From a virus (lineage: Duplodnaviria; Caudoviricetes), in IMG/VR virus record IMGVR_UViG_3300042549_010209, positions 1 through 52,462 of that record: a stretch of 52,462 nucleotides of DNA; one strand, 5' to 3'. Within the stretch, counting starts at the first letter, position 1. Every line of letters starts with the position of its first letter. Below the pieces are notes generated by a model. That model saw nothing but the letters and a program-made list of their open reading frames with translations. It was not told the DNA's origin and searched no databases. The translations under genes were made by a program, and so were the position numbers. Shown here one piece after another: positions 48,048 through 52,462 of the stretch.

Positions 48048-50024
48048 TTATACTCCAGTACCCCAATAAGATGCGGTAGTTGATGACCCCATCGCCATTA
48101 AGGTAACGCTAGAGCCATTAGTATCACATATTTTAGCAACACCATTTGATACACTAGTATTATTTAGCATTAAAACTGGGGACATGCTAGAATTTACAAG
48201 GATAACACCTCCTAAACTAGCTCCATCTTTTACTTTAATAATTTCAACACAACGTCCTGCTGGGCTAGATGACAAAAATGAAGCAATATTTATATTACCA
48301 TCACCAACTCCAGGAGCTCCAGAGGTATTATCTACAACTAAAATAATATCATCAGTAGGTAATATGGTTTCAGAAGGAGAAGTAGAAAATGTACTTACTG
48401 TAACTGTTCTATAATTTCTAACTCTAGAACCACTTGTAATAAGTGACCCGGTAATTACTACATTTTGATTAAGTGGATCAACAAATGATGCTGTTAAAGC
48501 ATATGAAGCACTTATAGCAGTTGTAGCATTATCAGCTGTTGAAGCACTTAAAGCATATGAAGCACTTAAAGCATATGAAGCACTTATAGCAGTTGTAGCA
48601 TTATCAGCTGTTGAAGCACTTAAAGCATATGAAGCACTTATTGATTGTAGAACATATGAAGCTGTTTGAGCTGTTTGAACATATGAAGCGGTTATAGCAT
48701 ATGAAGCGGTTGTAGCAGTAACTGGGAGTGAACTTATTGGGGTTGAGAAAAATTGCCCAGTTGTTGTATTATAAGTTACTACATCTGTTTGGGTTGTTGT
48801 TAAGAGTGTTTTAACAAAGAATGAACCTGTTATTTCAACATTATTTCCTCCAGCATATAATAAATTTTTACGATTAAAATCATTAATACCATTACCTACC
48901 ATAAAAGCTCCAGTAACAGGAACTGGGAGATTAAATACTCCTTGAGCATGTTGGTAAGAAGCCGTAGTTATTGTATTAAATCCTTCAGCATGTGAATAAT
49001 TTCCTTTCGCCCATGTTTGGTAACCTTCAGCATGTGATGCTTGTCCACTAGTTAGTGTATTTTCACCTTCAGCATGTGAATAAGAACCACTTGCTCTTGA
49101 ACTATAACCTTCAGCATGTGATCCATCAGATAATGCTTGTGCTATATACCCCTCAGCATGTGATGCTTGTCCAGAAGCTGCTGCTAAGTAACCTTCAGCA
49201 TGAGAATAAAAACCACTTGCTACAGCAAGCCAACCTTCAGCATGTGATGACTGTCCTGGAGATATTGTTTCAGTACCTTCAGCATGGGAAAAATTACCAC
49301 TTGCTTTTGTTCTCCAACCTTCAGCATGTGAATATAATCCTGATGACCATGTTTGGATTCCTTCAACATGGGAATAATCCCCAGATGATGTTGTATTAAC
49401 TCCTTCAGCATGTGAACCTTCTCCAGTTGCTTTTGTAAATTCACCTTCAGCATGAGATTTAGCCCCTTGAGCAATTGTATTAACTCCTTCAGCATGTGAA
49501 CCTTCTCCAGTTGCTCTAGTTATATACCCTTCAGTATGTGAATATATTCCTGATGCTGTTGTATAAGCTCCTTCAGCATGTGAATATAATCCACTTGCTA
49601 TTGTATGTGCTCCTTCAGCATGTGCTCCTTCAGCATCTGTTAATGTACTATTACCTTCAGCATGAGAATAATCTCCTGAAGCAGTTGTGAATCCTCCTTC
49701 AGCATGAGAAAAGTACCTATTAGCATTTGTATTAATACCATGAGCAAAAGAATCATTAATTGCAGTACTTCCAACCCCAGAAGTCATAGGCCCAACATTG
49801 TTAAATGTATTTGAACCTGAGACTGTTACTGAACCAAATATAGTTGTTGATTGGGAAACTGGGTCAATTGTTAAAAGTGAGCCAATAGTAATAGACTCAG
49901 TAGTTGTTCCTATAATATTAGATATTGATTGGGATAAGTAAGCAAAATTACCATCTAACTGATCATATGATAGTGGTTCATTTGTGTCTGAGCGATAAAT
50001 TAAATTTGGGTTTGGTACTGCCAT
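48048..50024 (-). CDS. Modular fibre/adhesin paralog D
   Basis: PLSYDQLDGNFAYL N-term, 18 HAEG-type repeats, TASY/SASY repeats. Confidence 0.8.
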   Translation of the reverse strand: MAVPNPNLIYRSDTNEPLSYDQLDGNFAYLSQSISNIIGTTTESITIGSLLTIDPVSQSTTIFGSVTVSGSNTFNNVGPMTSGVGSTAINDSFAHGINTNANRYFSHAEGGFTTASGDYSHAEGNSTLTDAEGAHAEGAHTIASGLYSHAEGAYTTASGIYSHTEGYITRATGEGSHAEGVNTIAQGAKSHAEGEFTKATGEGSHAEGVNTTSSGDYSHVEGIQTWSSGLYSHAEGWRTKASGNFSHAEGTETISPGQSSHAEGWLAVASGFYSHAEGYLAAASGQASHAEGYIAQALSDGSHAEGYSSRASGSYSHAEGENTLTSGQASHAEGYQTWAKGNYSHAEGFNTITTASYQHAQGVFNLPVPVTGAFMVGNGINDFNRKNLLYAGGNNVEITGSFFVKTLLTTTQTDVVTYNTTTGQFFSTPISSLPVTATTASYAITASYVQTAQTASYVLQSISASYALSASTADNATTAISASYALSASYALSASTADNATTAISASYALTASFVDPLNQNVVITGSLITSGSRVRNYRTVTVSTFSTSPSETILPTDDIILVVDNTSGAPGVGDGNINIASFLSSSPAGRCVEIIKVKDGASLGGVILVNSSMSPVLMLNNTSVSNGVAKICDTNGSSVTLMAMGSSTTASYWGTGV

Positions 50025-50044
50025 TCTGTTTTTATTTATACGTA

Positions 50045-51154
50045 TTAATAAGTTATTGTATTGTCTAAATCTCTTAATTTATTTTGTAATTTTTCCATAG
50101 CTAAACCTTTTTTCTTACTAGATACTCCTGAATTTTCGAGTTCCCATATTTCTTTAAGTAAATTTTGTTTTTCTTCTTCAACTATAAATTCATTTCTATA
50201 TTGTGAATTGGCAAGTGCTGATGGTTCATCAAGTTTTTCTTCTTCGGTAGGTTCAGTAAATACACCTTTTTCTCTTAATTCAGCAACCTTTTCCCAAACT
50301 CTATCAGCTTCTTTTTGTAAGTGTGTTTTAGGTTCACCGTAAATGTTTTTTTTAGGTTTTAATCCTGCAAATGCTTGATTAGTGGCTATAACTAAAGTAA
50401 TAGCTAGTGGATCAAATACAAATATTAAGATAAATATAAACCAGTTTGCTACTGTTTTTACATCAGATCCAGTCAATTCACTTACATATTTAATAGCACC
50501 TAATTCACTACTAGCTGTTTCTTTAGATTCCATATCTAAAATTTGAACATCTAATTTAGTAATACTATCGTTTAAAGCATCTATACGTTTAGATAAAGTA
50601 TCTCTATTTGATTGAGCTAATTTGATTTGGGATTCAAATGATTTTCTATTACCTGAATTTTCTCTTGTTATTAATTGTCCTGTTTTTTTATCTACTGATT
50701 GGGTAGTTGTGTTAGATGATAGGCCATCTCTTAATTTAGTAATATCTGTATCTAAAGTGGTTTTTTCTTTATTTAATTCAGATTTAATATCTTCAAATCG
50801 TTTTTTCTTAACTTCAATATTTGCTACTTGTTTACTTCCAATTTCAAGTTTAGCAATGTTTTCTTGAAATCCAGTACTTAGTAAACCATAAATTCCAAGG
50901 GATGTGATTACAGATAATGTAACTAAAGCTACGGTTAAATATATTTTTAAAGCAGTATATGTTTCTTTCCATTTATCATGTAAATATGTTGCAATTGCTA
51001 TTTTAGATATTTCTAAAAATGAACCCATTATAATAACGGGTATAGCTACTCCAACAAATACAATAGATAAACCTATAACACTGTAATATGCTGCTGTTGA
51101 AGATAATCCTATTGCACAAAACAATAGAAACCAAGGTAAAAATGTTTTTTTCAT
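50045..51154 (-). CDS. Multi-pass membrane protein with long coiled coil
   Basis: Three N-terminal TM segments, coiled coil, then TM ending FVFDPLA. Confidence 0.8.
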   Translation of the reverse strand: MKKTFLPWFLLFCAIGLSSTAAYYSVIGLSIVFVGVAIPVIIMGSFLEISKIAIATYLHDKWKETYTALKIYLTVALVTLSVITSLGIYGLLSTGFQENIAKLEIGSKQVANIEVKKKRFEDIKSELNKEKTTLDTDITKLRDGLSSNTTTQSVDKKTGQLITRENSGNRKSFESQIKLAQSNRDTLSKRIDALNDSITKLDVQILDMESKETASSELGAIKYVSELTGSDVKTVANWFIFILIFVFDPLAITLVIATNQAFAGLKPKKNIYGEPKTHLQKEADRVWEKVAELREKGVFTEPTEEEKLDEPSALANSQYRNEFIVEEEKQNLLKEIWELENSGVSSKKKGLAMEKLQNKLRDLDNTITY

Positions 51155-51159
51155 ATGTG

Positions 51160-51190
51160 AAAAATAAGGAGACCCTTTCAGGTCTCCAAA
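51160..51190 (-). terminator. Terminator after lysis cassette (overlaps a host-type promoter)
   Basis: GGAGACC-TGAAAG-GGTCTCC-TTATTTTT. Confidence 0.7.
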
Positions 51191-51210
51191 TACTTTAAAA
51201 AATTAATTAT

Positions 51211-51372
51211 TTATTTTTTAGCCGCTATAGACCAGATAGTACCAGCTAATGCTAATGTACCACCAATTAATTCGTTAAGTAGGCTTTCATCAAGATATCC
51301 TTTAACTACAAGGAAACCTCCGACAAATGTCAAAATGTGTCTTGCGATACCTAAGATTTGTTCTTTACTCAT
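51211..51372 (-). CDS. Small two-TM holin-like protein (53 aa)
   Basis: Manual translation MSKEQILGIARHILTFVGGFLVVKGYLDESLLNELIGGTLALAGTIWSIAAKK. Confidence 0.7.
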   Translation of the reverse strand: MSKEQILGIARHILTFVGGFLVVKGYLDESLLNELIGGTLALAGTIWSIAAKK

Positions 51373-51391
51373 TTTATTTTATTTTTATTGG

Positions 51392-52267
51392 TTACAAACT
51401 TAATAACATGTCGATTAGTTCTTGTTGAGGGAACATATCAACTTTTCCTCTAATTATATTGGTATGTGAATACATACCTGGTGTTGATTCGGCTTTAGCT
51501 AAATCTAAAACATCAAATCCATCAGCTCCTTTAGCTTTAATATATTGAACTAATCCTACTCTAGGGTCAATATTATATTTGTTAGCTGTAAATAAAATCC
51601 ATCTTTTTAAATTAAGGATTTGAGCATCTGAATATTTGTGCCAGAATTGGAATCCTCTAAATGGTTTAGCTAATTTAACAATTTGGGATGGTTCTGCAAA
51701 TGTATTAACATATGTTTTTCCATTTACAATTTGTCCCATACAACACACCTCTATTGCTACCGAGTTACGATGCATTACAGAATTTCCTGTTCCGGTATGC
51801 CATCCATATCCTCCTTCAGGAAAACATTGAATCAACTCACCGTCAAATTTAGTTGAACCATCTTTAACGGATTGTCCACCTAATATAAATTCAGTAGCAA
51901 CATTACCACGATTATCTCTAGCCCACATATCAGCAACTTGATATGGGTTTTCCCATCCAGCTGTGTGATGTAAAAATATCCAATCTTTTGGAACAGGCCC
52001 TTTGAAGTAAGTATTTTCGGGCATGTAATGTTTAATGATTTTCAATGCACTTTCTACTTCTAAGTTTTCTGCATTGTCAGTATTTAAAATACCCATTGCA
52101 GCCCATGTTTTTGATCCTACAATACCATCAGCTAGCAAGCCATGTGATTTTTGCCATGATTTGACTGCTGATTCGGTTTTTGGTCCAAAATTACCGTCTG
52201 TAGTGATTTTAAGAAACTCTTGTAGAGTTTTTACGGCTTCGCCCTTGCTTCCTAGTTTTAGTACCAT
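51392..52267 (-). CDS. Endolysin: peptidoglycan-binding domain plus N-acetylmuramoyl-L-alanine amidase
   Basis: LKLGSKGEAV..LQ..DG.FG..T..AV..WQ...GL.ADGIVG; LHHTAG, SHT, KVD. Confidence 0.9.
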   Translation of the reverse strand: MVLKLGSKGEAVKTLQEFLKITTDGNFGPKTESAVKSWQKSHGLLADGIVGSKTWAAMGILNTDNAENLEVESALKIIKHYMPENTYFKGPVPKDWIFLHHTAGWENPYQVADMWARDNRGNVATEFILGGQSVKDGSTKFDGELIQCFPEGGYGWHTGTGNSVMHRNSVAIEVCCMGQIVNGKTYVNTFAEPSQIVKLAKPFRGFQFWHKYSDAQILNLKRWILFTANKYNIDPRVGLVQYIKAKGADGFDVLDLAKAESTPGMYSHTNIIRGKVDMFPQQELIDMLLSL

Positions 52268-52445
52268 CTTCTTTAAAAAAATTAGTTAAAAATTTACCTA
52301 TTACACCTGTTATTAATGCTGTTAAAGCAACCCATTGCACATCATTGTACATTGCAAAACCTGTTATTGTTACACTTACGGCAAGTAAGGTATCACCTAA
52401 TTTTCTCCATTTTGTAGGAGTTGGTTTATAGTAATTCTTTAACAT
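52209..52445 (-). CDS. Holin-like two-TM protein
   Basis: Two hydrophobic helices, basic tail, overlaps the endolysin start; late motif at 52451-52459. Confidence 0.65.
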   Translation of the reverse strand: MLKNYYKPTPTKWRKLGDTLLAVSVTITGFAMYNDVQWVALTALITGVIGKFLTNFFKEDGTKTRKQGRSRKNSTRVS

Positions 52446-52462
52446 TTTATTATACATATTAT

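Noticed and set aside
40242-50024. Diversity-generating retroelement or invertible shufflon
   Set aside because: No reverse transcriptase or recombinase in the window, repeats are direct, and I saw no adenine-specific TR/VR pair

Overview
AT-rich segment of a large T4-like (myovirus-type) dsDNA phage genome. Essentially every real gene is on the minus strand, and the plus-strand ORFs look like shadows. The host is most likely Bacteroidota: promoters match the -33 TTTG / -7 TAnnTTTG pattern with a 20-nt spacer, the starts I inspected lack Shine-Dalgarno motifs, and one gene looks like a T9SS cargo protein. In coordinate order the window holds: a partial T9SS-cargo-like secreted protein; an RNA-rich island (about 380-nt structured ncRNA candidate, tRNA-Gln, a tRNA-like element with an aberrant anticodon arm, initiator-type tRNA-Met, two more structured RNAs); small regulators (SWIM, HNH-like, TraR/DksA); a 13-gene glycosylation/sugar-modification cluster; a PD-(D/E)XK nuclease; T4-like replication genes (clamp loader, sliding clamp, PolB) interleaved with groES/groEL and late-promoter cassettes of acidic proteins; a 7-deazaguanine DNA-modification set (folE, queE, queD, queC and a divergent TGT-fold DpdA-like gene); a sulfotransferase plus repeat fibre gene; thyA preceded by a small R67/DfrB-like protein; an array of paralogous modular fibre/adhesin genes; a SET-domain gene; and a holin-endolysin-holin lysis cassette. 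All calls come from motif recognition by eye, and no database search was run.
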